Assembly: GCA_025453395.1 (NCBI GenBank)
Contig: JALOQK010000004.1
Span: forward strand, 51,563-115,562
Reading direction: 5' to 3'
Length of the DNA: 64,000 bases
Origin: Candidatus Omnitrophota bacterium
Lineage (GTDB): Bacteria > Omnitrophota > Gorgyraeia > Gygaellales > Profunditerraquicolaceae
Part shown: piece after piece, positions 10,322 to 20,671 of the stretch
Layout: every line of letters starts with the position of its first letter
Position numbering within the stretch: position 1 is the stretch's first letter
Program-made: the position numbers and the translations under genes
The notes under the pieces: generated by a model
Told to the model about the DNA's origin: nothing
Seen by the model: the letters and a program-made list of their open reading frames with translations, nothing else
Databases searched by the model: none

Positions 10322-11964
10322 GATATTTCTTCCTGCCAAGGCTCTTGCGCTGTGGCAGCAGGGAAAAATCTCTGCTTATTCTGGTATATATACTCCAAAA
10401 TCTGCAGTTGGTCTTTCTCAAACCAAAGGTTACCGCAATAAATACATTTATCCACTTCTATCGGATATGAGAAAAGGAAAAACTCCCGGTGCATCTGACG
10501 CTGGCAATTGGGACATTTATACACCCAAACCGAAGAAAGATCTCTTCCCATAGGAAGCTTAAATTTATTTTTTGTCTTAATCAAAACCTCTGCCCTGTCT
10601 ATGATATTTTGCCCAAAATCCTCTACTTCCCGAATAAGAATACGGCTTATTTTTCTGCTTGGCAGTAAATACCCAAGGCAGCTGGGGCATTTAAATACGC
10701 CTAAGCCTTCATAATTTACTTTACCCAAAGCAATCTTACAACGCGGGCAGGATAGCTTGCTTTGTTCGCCTTCAGATTCTCTAAGAAAGATGCCTGCCAG
10801 GACAGGATCATAATAAGCAGGGAACACCTCTTCTTTATCCTCCCGCATAACCCAGGAATCAAAACTAAAATCTTTCTTTTCCTTAATCTGGGCTAAGGAA
10901 AACGGACCTTCCCACACACCTTCTTCCATAACCTTCCAGCGTGGATTTTGTGTATTGGTTTGATGCTCAAGCGCTATTTCTTGTGCTACTGTCGGACGAT
11001 AATTACGGCCTTGCGCCCTTAATCTTTCTTCTAAGGTATTCCCGTCCAGATGCCCCATATCCAAAAGAATAGAAATTCTTTTTTGGATCGGCGGATGAGT
11101 AGAAAATAGCCTTGCCATAAAACCATCTTTCTCGTCAATAAGGCGCAGGCGCGGGTTAACAATAAAAATTGATTCCAATGCTTCTCCCTCTATGCCAGTG
11201 CCATGCCAACTTCCGGATATAATCATAAGTGCTTCAGCTAAACTTAAAGGATTGCGCGTTAAACGCACAGACAAGGCATCAGCCCGGTATTCCCTCTGCC
11301 GCGAAACGCACATGCGCAACAAAAGGCTTAAGAAATTCATTACCATCATCACTAAATACAAAAGAAACAAAGCCGGCCAGACGCGCTGGCGGGATTTTCT
11401 TAATAAATTGTTTAGCCCTTTCAGGCTTTCGTTATAGATTTCCGCCAAAGAGCAACTAATAGTAGTAGTAAGAGAATCGTGAGAAGCAATGTGTCCTGCC
11501 TCATGCGCTACCACTGCTTCTATTTGGCTGCGGGAGAGCCGTGACAAAAGCCCTTCGGTGACCCCAATCACAGCATTACCGTTAAAATCTTCCAAGGCAA
11601 AGGCATTTAATGAGGCATCGGGAATGACCAAAGCCTGGATTTTTCTTCCGCCAATAGCAACTGATACTTCATCCACTACATTCTGCAGGACTTTATGATA
11701 ATTATCTTCGGGATCTGCGGTATCAGTGCCTAAACGCTGGGTTATCTGCCCCAAAAGGTTACTTGTAGAAAATATCCAATGCCCGGCGGCAAAAACAAAT
11801 GCTGCCAATAAAGCTATTATTGCCTGATTAAACGCAAGAAACCTATTAAGAATAATTGAAAGACCCAGATAGACGGTGAGAAAATAGATAGCGATAAGCA
11901 AAATAAAAAGATAAATTATTTCTTTGCTCTTTTTATTCTCTATATCAATAAAGGAAAAGGCCAT
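10318..11964 (-). CDS. HtpX-like M48 zinc protease with C-terminal GYF_2-like and two Zn-ribbon domains
   Basis: NAFA, HEAGH, SRQREYRAD, FSTHPP; then GPFSL..W..W and CPRC..CPSC / CPNC..CIYC. Confidence 0.85.
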   Translation of the reverse strand: MAFSFIDIENKKSKEIIYLFILLIAIYFLTVYLGLSIILNRFLAFNQAIIALLAAFVFAAGHWIFSTSNLLGQITQRLGTDTADPEDNYHKVLQNVVDEVSVAIGGRKIQALVIPDASLNAFALEDFNGNAVIGVTEGLLSRLSRSQIEAVVAHEAGHIASHDSLTTTISCSLAEIYNESLKGLNNLLRKSRQRVWPALFLLYLVMMVMNFLSLLLRMCVSRQREYRADALSVRLTRNPLSLAEALMIISGSWHGTGIEGEALESIFIVNPRLRLIDEKDGFMARLFSTHPPIQKRISILLDMGHLDGNTLEERLRAQGRNYRPTVAQEIALEHQTNTQNPRWKVMEEGVWEGPFSLAQIKEKKDFSFDSWVMREDKEEVFPAYYDPVLAGIFLRESEGEQSKLSCPRCKIALGKVNYEGLGVFKCPSCLGYLLPSRKISRILIREVEDFGQNIIDRAEVLIKTKNKFKLPMGRDLSSVWVYKCPNCQRQMHREFFLFSYPIEVDKCIYCGNLWFEKDQLQILEYIYQNKQRFFPAATAQEPWQEEIS

Positions 11965-11980
11965 ATATAGGTAAAATGGT

Positions 11981-12541
11981 TTAAAACTTTACCTGCGGCG
12001 CCTGGCGTTCTTGGGGATCGCCAACCTCAAAGAAATCTTTTTTGATAAAACCCCCTAATTGAGCTACTATATTCACGGGGACAGTTTGAATAAGAGTATT
12101 AAATCTTCCCGCCTCATCATTGTAATACTGCCGGGCAAAGGTAATCCGATTCTCCGTGGAAATTAATTCCTCCTGAAGCTGTAAAACATTTTGATTAGCT
12201 TTTAGATCCGGGTATCTTTCAAATACCGCAAAGAGCGAACGAAGGGTTTGGCTTAAGAAATTCTCTGAAGCTGCTTTATCCTGCAAGCCCTTAGCATCAA
12301 TTGCCTGCATGCGCGCTTTTATTACCCGCTCTAAGGTGTCTTTTTCATGCGCCATGTAGCCTTTAACCGCCTCAACTAAATTAGGGATAAGGTCATGCCT
12401 TCTTTTAAGCTGCACGTCAATTTGGCTAACCGCATTCTCAACCCTGACCCTTAAAGCGATTAAATTATTATATATACCAAAAAACCATGCCAGCGCCACA
12501 ACAACCATGCCGCCTAAAATAATAAGCACTACTAACCCCAT
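11981..12541 (-). CDS. lemA: LemA family protein
   Basis: YNNL...IDVQLKRRHDLIPNLVE, YPDLKAN, ENRITFARQYYN; AAGGAGGT SD before ATG 12541. Confidence 0.95.
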   Translation of the reverse strand: MGLVVLIILGGMVVVALAWFFGIYNNLIALRVRVENAVSQIDVQLKRRHDLIPNLVEAVKGYMAHEKDTLERVIKARMQAIDAKGLQDKAASENFLSQTLRSLFAVFERYPDLKANQNVLQLQEELISTENRITFARQYYNDEAGRFNTLIQTVPVNIVAQLGGFIKKDFFEVGDPQERQAPQVKF

Positions 12542-12545
12542 AGCT

Positions 12546-12596
12546 ACCTCCTTCGCCCAGCAAGGGCGTACTTGGCACTCATTTATGCCAAGGCAC
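12546..12596 (-). ncRNA. Candidate cis-regulatory structured RNA, copy C (two hairpins plus SD of lemA)
   Basis: GTGC-CTTGGCA-TAAATGAG-TGCCAAG-TA-CGCCC-TTGCT-GGGCG-AAGGAGGT; homologous to the copies at 28761-28837 and 38064-38130. Confidence 0.55.
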
Positions 12597-12619
12597 AAAA
12601 CTTAAAAACATTAAAATAA

Positions 12620-13276
12620 CTAAACTTTATCTATCGCCTTTTTCGGACAGACCGACTTACAGCAAAGGCAGTTTAAACAATCCCTGTCTTTTATTTGCCC
12701 GGCAGACTTAAAAAGATAAGGTTTAATCCCGACCGGACAGGCTTTAGCGCAAAGCTTACATTCCACGCAAAGCTGAGGGTCAATCTTTAAATAATTTCTA
12801 GCGTAACTGGTAAGATGAATCATTGTTCCTACCGGGCACAAATAACAAAAGCTGCGCTGGTGGATAAACAAAGCCAAAACAACCCCTAATAAAGTGGTAG
12901 CGCTTAGCATAAAAACAAAAACGCGCGCTATCTTAGTAAGATCCGGATAAACACGATAGATATTAAAAACCAATGCGGACATTAGCAATGCCATAACCAA
13001 AACCCTAAAAACAATTTTCTTGAAAACCTGCGGAATGGGTTTCTGGGGGCTTATCTTCAAAATAAAAGCGTCCCAGAAGCTTCCTCTGGGGCAATACCAA
13101 TCGCACCATTTACGGCCATTCTTAAAACCGATAAATATCCCTAAAAGCATGCACACCGGTATAAATAAGCCTAAGACGGGATACGGCCAGCTTAAAGCAA
13201 GAATGGCCACAAATATAGCGGCTAGAAAAGTTTGTTTAAGCCTGCGGTGAGTGAGAAAAATATTATTCCCTGACAT
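12620..13276 (-). CDS. Membrane 4Fe-4S binding protein (NapH/MauN-like)
   Basis: WCDWYCPRG, FCYLCPVG, two ferredoxin motifs, TM helices. Confidence 0.85.
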   Translation of the reverse strand: MSGNNIFLTHRRLKQTFLAAIFVAILALSWPYPVLGLFIPVCMLLGIFIGFKNGRKWCDWYCPRGSFWDAFILKISPQKPIPQVFKKIVFRVLVMALLMSALVFNIYRVYPDLTKIARVFVFMLSATTLLGVVLALFIHQRSFCYLCPVGTMIHLTSYARNYLKIDPQLCVECKLCAKACPVGIKPYLFKSAGQIKDRDCLNCLCCKSVCPKKAIDKV

Positions 13277-13283
13277 ATAAAAC

Positions 13284-14189
13284 TTAAGATCCTGCGCCGG
13301 TTAAATACCTGAAAGCGGATAATACCGCTTTCGCGCCTTCTCCGGCGGCGATGATTATCTGTTTTTCCGCAACATCGGTAACATCCCCTGCGGCAAAAAT
13401 ACCCGGGACGCTTGTCTTATTAAATCTATCCACTTTTATTTCGCCAAGGCTGTTTTTATCCACGCAATTGATAAAATCAGAATTGGGCAATAAACCTATT
13501 TCAACAAATACCCCTTCTGCCGGGATATCTCGAACAATTCCGCTATTATTGATTCTTACAGAATTCACAAATTTATCCCCCATAATTTCAATGACCTTTG
13601 AATTATTAAGCACTTCTGCGTTCTTTTCTTTCTGCAAAGCCTCTAACATTATAGCATCGCCGGTTATTTTTTCACCTGAATTTACGATATAAACCTTGCT
13701 GGCAATCCTAACTAGCTGCAAGGCGGCATCAAGCGCTGAATTTCCTGCGCCTATAACAGCAACAGGCTTGCCTTTAAAGATCGGGCCGTCGCATGTAGCG
13801 CAATAAGTTAAGCCTTTGTTCTTGAATTGTTCTTCACCGGGCACGTTAAGAGAACGAGACTTTTTACCCGACGCGATGATCAAACACCGCGCCTTATAAA
13901 CACCTTTAACCGTAGAAACGCGGATCATATTATCTACGGCTTCTACTGAAATTACATACTCTCTTTCATGAACAGGTATTTTATAAGCTCGCATATGCTC
14001 TTCAAACTTAAGAGCTAATTCGGGGCCGCTTATAAATTGATAGCCGGTATAATTCTGAATATCGCCGCTTGTGGAAGCCTGCCCTCCGATATCCAAGGTT
14101 AAGACAAGCATGTTCATTGCCTTTCTTGCGGCATAAACTGCGGCGGTAATCCCGGCGGGCCCGGCGCCAATAATAATCAAATCATACAT
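13284..14189 (-). CDS. Thioredoxin reductase/AhpF-like disulfide reductase
   Basis: GAGPAG, CATCDG, GAGNSA, PGIFAAGD. Confidence 0.92.
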   Translation of the reverse strand: MYDLIIIGAGPAGITAAVYAARKAMNMLVLTLDIGGQASTSGDIQNYTGYQFISGPELALKFEEHMRAYKIPVHEREYVISVEAVDNMIRVSTVKGVYKARCLIIASGKKSRSLNVPGEEQFKNKGLTYCATCDGPIFKGKPVAVIGAGNSALDAALQLVRIASKVYIVNSGEKITGDAIMLEALQKEKNAEVLNNSKVIEIMGDKFVNSVRINNSGIVRDIPAEGVFVEIGLLPNSDFINCVDKNSLGEIKVDRFNKTSVPGIFAAGDVTDVAEKQIIIAAGEGAKAVLSAFRYLTGAGS

Positions 14190-14192
14190 TGT

Positions 14193-14432
14193 TTATTTCA
14201 TTCCCAGGGCTTGTTTTATTTTATCTTTGTCAAAGCCAACGATAATTTCTCCTTCAATATCCACAACCGGCACTCCCATTTGAGAAGACTTGCTCATCAT
14301 TTCCTCTGCGGCTACTTGGTCCAAGGCGACATCTTTATTCTCAAAGATAAGGTTATTCTCTTTCAAGAATTCTTTAAGGCGGATGCAAAAAGAACAAGTG
14401 GAAGTGCTGTAAACTGTAATTTTCTTAGGCAT
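14193..14432 (-). CDS. Glutaredoxin-like (NrdH/YruB type) protein
   Basis: YSTSTCSFC, QMGVPV, IVGFD; AGGAG SD before ATG 14432. Confidence 0.9.
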   Translation of the reverse strand: MPKKITVYSTSTCSFCIRLKEFLKENNLIFENKDVALDQVAAEEMMSKSSQMGVPVVDIEGEIIVGFDKDKIKQALGMK

Positions 14433-14452
14433 TTTTCTCTCCTGTGCGCGCC

Positions 14453-14917
14453 TCAAGCCTTAAGCTTAAGAGGGGCTAAATCCACAACCTGGTCAATTTT
14501 GACTAAAATAAAATAGGCTGGCGCGGGAAGGCTGGCTTCAGGATGATGCTTTAAAGGTTTATCCGCGCCAATATTTTTGATAAGCCTTGCGGCGATACGG
14601 CTGGTAATCCTAGTCTCCCAAATCTCTAAAAGATCTTTGCTGGCTTCCGCTATATGGACGATCTGGGCATAGCCTTTTAAACAAAAACCCTTGAAATTGT
14701 GCTCATCCACCATTGTTAGGCTGACGCAGGGGTTTGCCTTAAGATTAGAAAAGCTTTCGCGCTTGTATAAATCCAAAAGGTATATATCATCGTTACTGCC
14801 GATTCGAACAATTCCCTTACAGGCGCTATGCGGCCTTCCTTTTTTGTCAATGGTAGACAAAATAACAAACCCCTGCTGACTTAAGAAATCACGTACAGAT
14901 TCAGAAATTATGGGCAT
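14453..14917 (-). CDS. Pyridoxamine 5'-phosphate oxidase-like FMN-binding protein
   Basis: LSTIDKKGRPH, NLKANPCVSL, LKG pattern. Confidence 0.8.
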   Translation of the reverse strand: MPIISESVRDFLSQQGFVILSTIDKKGRPHSACKGIVRIGSNDDIYLLDLYKRESFSNLKANPCVSLTMVDEHNFKGFCLKGYAQIVHIAEASKDLLEIWETRITSRIAARLIKNIGADKPLKHHPEASLPAPAYFILVKIDQVVDLAPLKLKA

Positions 14918-15076
14918 TTATATCTTCTCAAACATGTCTTTACCCACGCCGCATTCCGGACAGACCCAATCACCGGGCAGGGACTCAAAAGAAGTTCCCG
15001 GGGCTACTCCATTATCCAGATCCCCAACAGCAGGGTCATAGATGTACCCGCAAACAGTGCACTTGTATTTGCTCAT
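14918..15076 (-). CDS. Rubredoxin (52 aa)
   Basis: Not in ORF track. Hand translation: [52 protein letters not shown]. Confidence 0.96.
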   Translation of the reverse strand: MSKYKCTVCGYIYDPAVGDLDNGVAPGTSFESLPGDWVCPECGVGKDMFEKI

Positions 15077-15130
15077 ATTCACGATCCTCTCTGATACTAC
15101 TTCTTATTTTTCTTTGCTTTCTTTTTCCCC

Positions 15131-16336
15131 TTACATTTTCCGCAAGACATTTTTCACCTCCTTTGCGAATTGTATTGCAGCTTCATAACATGATTTTATT
15201 TCTTCTTGGCTGGGAGTAAACTTAACCGAAAAACTCTCTACGGGAAGATTAACCCCAAAAGATTTTAATTTATTTTCTATGCTTTCTACCGCGCCCCCTG
15301 CCCAGCCATAAGAACCAAAACAAAAACCAAGCCTTTCCCTGGGGGCAAAACCTTTTAATAATTCTAAAAATCCTGCCATGTTGGCCAACATATCGTTATC
15401 ATGCGTGGAAGAGCCTATGACAAAACCCTTGGCATCGAGCATCTCTTTGATGATCTGGGTGCGGCTAGAAGCATTTAAATCAAAAAGTTTTACCTCTATG
15501 CCAGAATCCATAAGCGCTCCGGCAATCACAGAAGCCAATTTCGCGGTATTTCCCCACATGGTCTCATAAACAATGACTACTTTTTCTTTACTGCTATTCT
15601 TGCCCCAATAAAGATAGGAATTAATGATCTTGGCTGGGTCTTTACGCCAGATAACTCCGTGGCTGGGGGCAATCATTTCAATAGGGATGCCTGATTTTAA
15701 TACCTGCTCTATCTTTCTTACTACTAAAGAACTCAAAGGCCAAAGTATATTCCCATAATACTTGGCTGCCTCATCCATCAGCGCGCAATTGTCTACAGTA
15801 TCGTCAAACCTGCCTGATGTTGCCAAATGCTGGCCAAAGGCATCATTGGGAAAAAGGATTTTTTCTTCGGGACAATAGCTAAACATGCTGTCTGGCCAAT
15901 GCAGCATGGGCGCTTCGATAAAAGACAAACTTCTCTTCCCTAATTTTAAGACCTCGCCTGTGCGCACTACCTGGAAATCTGGTTTGATAAAATAATATTT
16001 TTCTAATCCCTCTTTACATTTAAAGCTTCCATATAGTTTTGCTTTTGGGGCAAGCTTTAAAAGCTCCGGAAGCGATCCTGTATGGTCAGGCTCCAGATGA
16101 TTAACCACAATATAATCTATTTTCTCCAAGGGCACAATACCTCTTATATTATCAAATAATCCCTGGGAGAAATCTTTATGCACTGCATCAATAAGCGTTA
16201 CCTTATCATCGATAATCAGATAGGCGTTATAGGTTGTACCGCGTTCTGTGGCATAGGTATGCCCATGAAAATTACGCACATTCCAATCAATAGCCCCCAC
16301 CCAAAAGATATTTTCTTTTAATCTTATGTTTTCCAT
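15131..16336 (-). CDS. fprA: Flavodiiron protein (O2/NO reductase)
   Basis: GTTYNAY, NHLEPDH, HWPDSM, DAFGQH, PSHG plus flavodoxin domain. Confidence 0.93.
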   Translation of the reverse strand: MENIRLKENIFWVGAIDWNVRNFHGHTYATERGTTYNAYLIIDDKVTLIDAVHKDFSQGLFDNIRGIVPLEKIDYIVVNHLEPDHTGSLPELLKLAPKAKLYGSFKCKEGLEKYYFIKPDFQVVRTGEVLKLGKRSLSFIEAPMLHWPDSMFSYCPEEKILFPNDAFGQHLATSGRFDDTVDNCALMDEAAKYYGNILWPLSSLVVRKIEQVLKSGIPIEMIAPSHGVIWRKDPAKIINSYLYWGKNSSKEKVVIVYETMWGNTAKLASVIAGALMDSGIEVKLFDLNASSRTQIIKEMLDAKGFVIGSSTHDNDMLANMAGFLELLKGFAPRERLGFCFGSYGWAGGAVESIENKLKSFGVNLPVESFSVKFTPSQEEIKSCYEAAIQFAKEVKNVLRKM

Positions 16337-16346
16337 AAAAGTATCC

Positions 16347-16739
16347 TTATACATTCACGTCCAAAGAACTTTCCCAAACCCCATGTATATTACAATAACT
16401 TTCCGCGATAATAGTGCCGGACTTCTCGGTTTTAAAAGAGAAATTCACTACCGGAGAGGTAAATATCGTGCTTGTATTGGGGCCTTGCGCTGATGAACCA
16501 TGAGACGCGAAGTCTATTTTTATTATTTGATAAGCAAATTTTTCATCTTTGGGTAAGAAGTAAACGTTAATCCAGGCAATGTGATGCTCGGTGGTATTGG
16601 GGTGGGCAATTTCTTTACCGACGCTTACTATAACATCAATAGAAGCGCCCTTAGCAACATTGGATTTCAATTCAATTACCGGGACATGCTTTTCTTTTTT
16701 CCAATCAGCAGACTGAATAATATCTTTCATCGTATTCAT
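16347..16739 (-). CDS. 1Fe superoxide reductase (neelaredoxin type)
   Basis: EKHVP, HPNTTEHHI, YCNIHG. Confidence 0.92.
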   Translation of the reverse strand: MNTMKDIIQSADWKKEKHVPVIELKSNVAKGASIDVIVSVGKEIAHPNTTEHHIAWINVYFLPKDEKFAYQIIKIDFASHGSSAQGPNTSTIFTSPVVNFSFKTEKSGTIIAESYCNIHGVWESSLDVNV

Positions 16740-16750
16740 ATTCCCTCCTT

Positions 16751-17461
16751 TTAATAACCAATGAATTTCTCGGTCTTAATGTTAGTTTGCGGGCAGTTTA
16801 TCCCTTGGGCTAAAACCTGCATTGCCTCTACCATCTTTGGCGGCCCAAAGATAAAAATTACCCTTTCTTGGGCATCACAGATATTAGCAGAAAGAAGCTC
16901 TTTGTTAATGCCTCCATAAAAACAGTTTTTATCTTTAGGCGCACATTCGGTTACAGTATAATAAACTTTCAAGGATTTATTGATTTCCATCCAATCATCC
17001 AGCTGTTTCTTAAAAGCTATTTCTTCTTCATTGCGGTTAGAATAAAAAACGGATATATCGCTTTGGATCTTGTTGCTTAAGACATACTCCAACATGGAAA
17101 TAACAGGTGTAATCCCTATGCCGCCGACCAAGAAACTGACCTTTTTAAATTGCTTCTCAAAAACACATGACCCCAAAGGGCCCTGAACAGACACGGAATC
17201 ATCTTTATTAAGGCCTAAAAGCTTATTTGAGAAACTGGACGCGCTTATCCTCTTGGTAACTTCGATATACCCTTTATCTGTACCGCAGGACAAAGAAAGA
17301 TATTTATTCAATTCTTTGTTACCAGGATTATGCTCATCAAAGATAAGGCGCATAAATTGACCAGGAAGAAAATCAACTCTTTCTTGCGGGAAGAAACGGA
17401 AACTGATCACAGTCGGGGTCCTTGGAATTTTTTCTATAAATTTCATCCGGAAATCTTTCAT
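16751..17461 (-). CDS. FNR-family FAD/NAD(P) oxidoreductase
   Basis: FLPGQF, GPLG, GGIGITP, FGPPKMV. Confidence 0.85.
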   Translation of the reverse strand: MKDFRMKFIEKIPRTPTVISFRFFPQERVDFLPGQFMRLIFDEHNPGNKELNKYLSLSCGTDKGYIEVTKRISASSFSNKLLGLNKDDSVSVQGPLGSCVFEKQFKKVSFLVGGIGITPVISMLEYVLSNKIQSDISVFYSNRNEEEIAFKKQLDDWMEINKSLKVYYTVTECAPKDKNCFYGGINKELLSANICDAQERVIFIFGPPKMVEAMQVLAQGINCPQTNIKTEKFIGY

Positions 17462-17462
17462 G

Positions 17463-18563
17463 CTAAAAATTCCCCTTAAGCGTTGCGTCTTCAAGGCGAT
17501 TAATTTCTTCTTTTAATAAATCCGGCAGCGCCAAGACATCTACATCCATAAAGCCCCGCACAATAATTGACTGCGCCTGGTCTTCTGTAAACCCGCGGGC
17601 GCACAAATACTCAATCTCCTCTTTATTAATCTTGCCGATTGCCGCCTCGTGCGACATATCCACATCGCGGTAATCCGATTCCATTTCCGGGATGGCATGG
17701 ATTGTGCCTTTCTCGGATAAAATCAATCCCCGGCATTCCAAATGCGCCTTAACCTGCTGGCTTTCTGCCTTGATATGCCCGCGAGCTATTACCTTGCCGC
17801 CTGTGGATACCGCGCGAGAAACAATTTCCGCTTGGGTATTCTTAGCCTTCAAAATAACCCGGGAGCCGATATCTTGGAATGAGCCCGGGGAAGACAATAT
17901 AAGCGAATTAAAACTTGCCCGGGAGTCCCCGCCGGATAAGACTGCGGTTGGATACATAGTAATTTCCTTCACCGGCCTTAAACAGACATAATTAGAAACG
18001 AAGGTGGCACCCTCTTCTACCACAGCAATGCTCATAGGTTTTACTGAAACATCCTCTTTCCATGAGTGGATCATGGTAAAATTAAGATACGCGCCTTTCT
18101 TGACAAAGAATTCCGAGATCCCTAAATGAAAACCTTCATTGGCAGATTTTGAAGCGGAGCATCCGGTAATAAGATATACCCGAGCGCCCTCCTCTACAAT
18201 AATCAAATTGTGCACTTTTTGTTTAAAGCCCTGGGCTTTTAAAAAAAGGCACGCCTGCACCGGAAGTTGTACTTGAGCGCCTTTTCTGATCCTGATAAAA
18301 TAACCACCCTGAGTATCAAGGGGGAATTCCCGGCCCATCATCCGGAAATTCGCTCCGTAATAATCTTTTACTTCCGGATATTGGGCAAGCGCCTCTTCAA
18401 TGCTTAATACCTCGACCCCCTCTTGCAGGCTGTGAGAAAAATGCACCTGGGTATCTTCTTGGATAAAAGTCCCGGAACGGGTCTCTTGAGAGAAATCAAT
18501 CCCGGAAGAAGACATCGCCTTCTGGTCGTCAGCATTAAACTTATTCAACTCTTTGGATTTCAT
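17463..18563 (-). CDS. sufB: SufB/SufD-family Fe-S scaffold (start uncertain)
   Basis: HLGISEF, HLECRGL, SHEAAIGKI..EEIEYL..RG. Confidence 0.88.
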   Translation of the reverse strand: MKSKELNKFNADDQKAMSSSGIDFSQETRSGTFIQEDTQVHFSHSLQEGVEVLSIEEALAQYPEVKDYYGANFRMMGREFPLDTQGGYFIRIRKGAQVQLPVQACLFLKAQGFKQKVHNLIIVEEGARVYLITGCSASKSANEGFHLGISEFFVKKGAYLNFTMIHSWKEDVSVKPMSIAVVEEGATFVSNYVCLRPVKEITMYPTAVLSGGDSRASFNSLILSSPGSFQDIGSRVILKAKNTQAEIVSRAVSTGGKVIARGHIKAESQQVKAHLECRGLILSEKGTIHAIPEMESDYRDVDMSHEAAIGKINKEEIEYLCARGFTEDQAQSIIVRGFMDVDVLALPDLLKEEINRLEDATLKGNF

Positions 18564-19266
18564 GGCAAATTTTGCATTTTTCATAACCTTTGGAACGTAT
18601 ATCACTAAACATCTTTTTAGGATCCCCCACGCACCAAAGTTTTCCGTTAATCATCATACAGCCTTTTTTCGCATTAATGTAGTCAAGAATATACCCGGTA
18701 TGGGTGATAATAAGCGCGGATTTACCTTCGCGCGACAAGAATTCTTTTAAAGCATCCCCCATAACCGAAATATTTTCTAAATCAACTCCGGATTCCGGCT
18801 CGTCCAATAAAATCATCTGCGGGTCCTGCAAAAGAAGCTGGAATAATTCCGAACGCTTCATTTCTCCTCCGGAGAAATCCAGATTAATATCGCGTTTGAG
18901 GTGGCTAGTAAGCGATAATCTTTCTGCGCATGAAGAGATCTGCTCTTTATCCCGGCTTAAGAAACCCGCCATCTGCTCGAGTTTTACCCCCCTTATCTTA
19001 GGAGGGTTTTGATACATAATCCCCAGCCCAAGCTTGACCCTTTGCTCAATAGTAAGCGAATTGATATCCTTGCCATTGATTAATATCTGTCCGCGGGTTA
19101 CGCGATAACCGCTAAAACCCATGATTGCTTTTACTAAAGTGGATTTTCCGCTGCCGTTGGGGCCGAATAAAATAGCCACTTCACCGGGCTTGATTTCTAA
19201 TTCTATCCCCTTTAATATCTGCTTATCCTGAGTTTCTACCGAAAGGTCTTTAATATCTAGAAACAT
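18541..19266 (-). CDS. sufC: Fe-S assembly ATPase
   Basis: GPNGSGKS, FSGGEMKRSE, LDEPESGVD, ITH; terminal CxxC. Confidence 0.9.
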   Translation of the reverse strand: MFLDIKDLSVETQDKQILKGIELEIKPGEVAILFGPNGSGKSTLVKAIMGFSGYRVTRGQILINGKDINSLTIEQRVKLGLGIMYQNPPKIRGVKLEQMAGFLSRDKEQISSCAERLSLTSHLKRDINLDFSGGEMKRSELFQLLLQDPQMILLDEPESGVDLENISVMGDALKEFLSREGKSALIITHTGYILDYINAKKGCMMINGKLWCVGDPKKMFSDIRSKGYEKCKICHEIQRVE

Positions 19267-19332
19267 CTTCTTTTTTCCCTGCTTGCGATAATGATATTAT
19301 TATATACCAAAATCCTTAACCCCATGCAAACT

Positions 19333-20625
19333 TTATTTAACGCCTAAAATATCCGCCAAATCTTTTTCCGCAGTAGTAACCAGCTTCAAATTATACTTAT
19401 CTTGAAGCAATTTCAGAACATTCGCGTTTAAGAATGCCGGAGCGCTGGGGCCAATGCGGATATTTTGGATACCTAAATAAAGCAGGCTTAAAAGTATCGC
19501 TACTGCCTTTTGTTCATACCAGGAAAGCACCATTGACAATGGCAATTGGTTCACCGAACAATTAAAAGCCTTAGATAAAGCAAGCGCTACCTGCACCGCA
19601 GAATAGGCATTATTACATTGCCCGATGTCAATTAAGCGCGGAACCCCCTCAATATCACCAAAATCAAGTTTATTGAAACGATATTTCCCGCAGGCCAAAG
19701 TTAAAATTATACAATCCTTGGGAACTTTCTGCGCGAATTCTGTGTAATAGTTTCTCCCCGGCTTGGCTCCGTCGCAACCACCGACTAAGAAGAAATGTTT
19801 TATTTTCCCGGATTTAACTAATCCCACGATTTTATCTGCAAGGCCTAATATCGCGGTATGGTGAAACCCCGTTTGTATGTTTTTCCCGGCAACTTCAGGA
19901 ATACTGCCTAATTCTAATGCCTTTTTAATCACAACAGAAAAATCTTTACGTTCTACATGCTTGGCACCCGCCATACCCACGATGCCGGAAGTAAAAAGCC
20001 TATCCAGGTATGTGCCAGAAGGCGGAATCTGGATACAGTTAGTTGTAACCAAAATTGCTCCGCCAAATTCATTAAATTCTTTTTTCTGTTCTTGCCAGGC
20101 GCCTCCAAAATTCCCCACAAGATGCTTAAACTGTTTTAATTTGGGATAACCATGCGCCGGCAACATCTCGCCATGGGTATAAATATTGACCCCTTTGCCT
20201 TCGGTTTGTTTTAAAAGTTCATAAAGATCCGGCAGGTCGTGCCCCGTTATCAAAATACCCGGGCCTTTTTTAGTCCCGGTATAGACATTCGTTGGCACGG
20301 GATTACCGAAATTATCGGTATTTGCCTTATCTAATAATTCCATGGCCTTGAAATTAATTTTCCCGCATTCTAAAACTAGAGCCAGATAATCATTCAGATC
20401 GAAATTAACATTGGTTAAGGTGGTAAAAAGCGCGCGGTGCATAAAACCATCAACTTCATCGTCTTTAAAACCCATTTCTCTGGCATGATACGCGTAAGCT
20501 GCCACGCCTTTTAAGCCAAATATTAAGGTATCCTGCAAACTTTGAATATCTTCATTCTTGCCGCATACACCTTGCTTTGTGCAACCTGTTCCAAGAGCAG
20601 TTTGTTCACATTGATAACAAAACAT
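19333..20625 (-). CDS. hcp: Hybrid-cluster protein (hydroxylamine/NO reductase), short form
   Basis: MFCYQCEQT..GCT..GVCGK, GHDL, THGEMLPAHGYP, GGCDG, GQCNN, SWYEQKA. Confidence 0.95.
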   Translation of the reverse strand: MFCYQCEQTALGTGCTKQGVCGKNEDIQSLQDTLIFGLKGVAAYAYHAREMGFKDDEVDGFMHRALFTTLTNVNFDLNDYLALVLECGKINFKAMELLDKANTDNFGNPVPTNVYTGTKKGPGILITGHDLPDLYELLKQTEGKGVNIYTHGEMLPAHGYPKLKQFKHLVGNFGGAWQEQKKEFNEFGGAILVTTNCIQIPPSGTYLDRLFTSGIVGMAGAKHVERKDFSVVIKKALELGSIPEVAGKNIQTGFHHTAILGLADKIVGLVKSGKIKHFFLVGGCDGAKPGRNYYTEFAQKVPKDCIILTLACGKYRFNKLDFGDIEGVPRLIDIGQCNNAYSAVQVALALSKAFNCSVNQLPLSMVLSWYEQKAVAILLSLLYLGIQNIRIGPSAPAFLNANVLKLLQDKYNLKLVTTAEKDLADILGVK

Positions 20626-20671
20626 AACCCTATCCTCCTTTTAACTGTTTATACTTTTTTTATCCTACCCA

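Noticed and set aside
12572-12598. CIRCE (HrcA) operator before lemA-htpX
   Set aside because: Only the left half-site TTGGCACTC is present; the position 9 nt away reads AAGGCACAA, not GAGTGCTAA.
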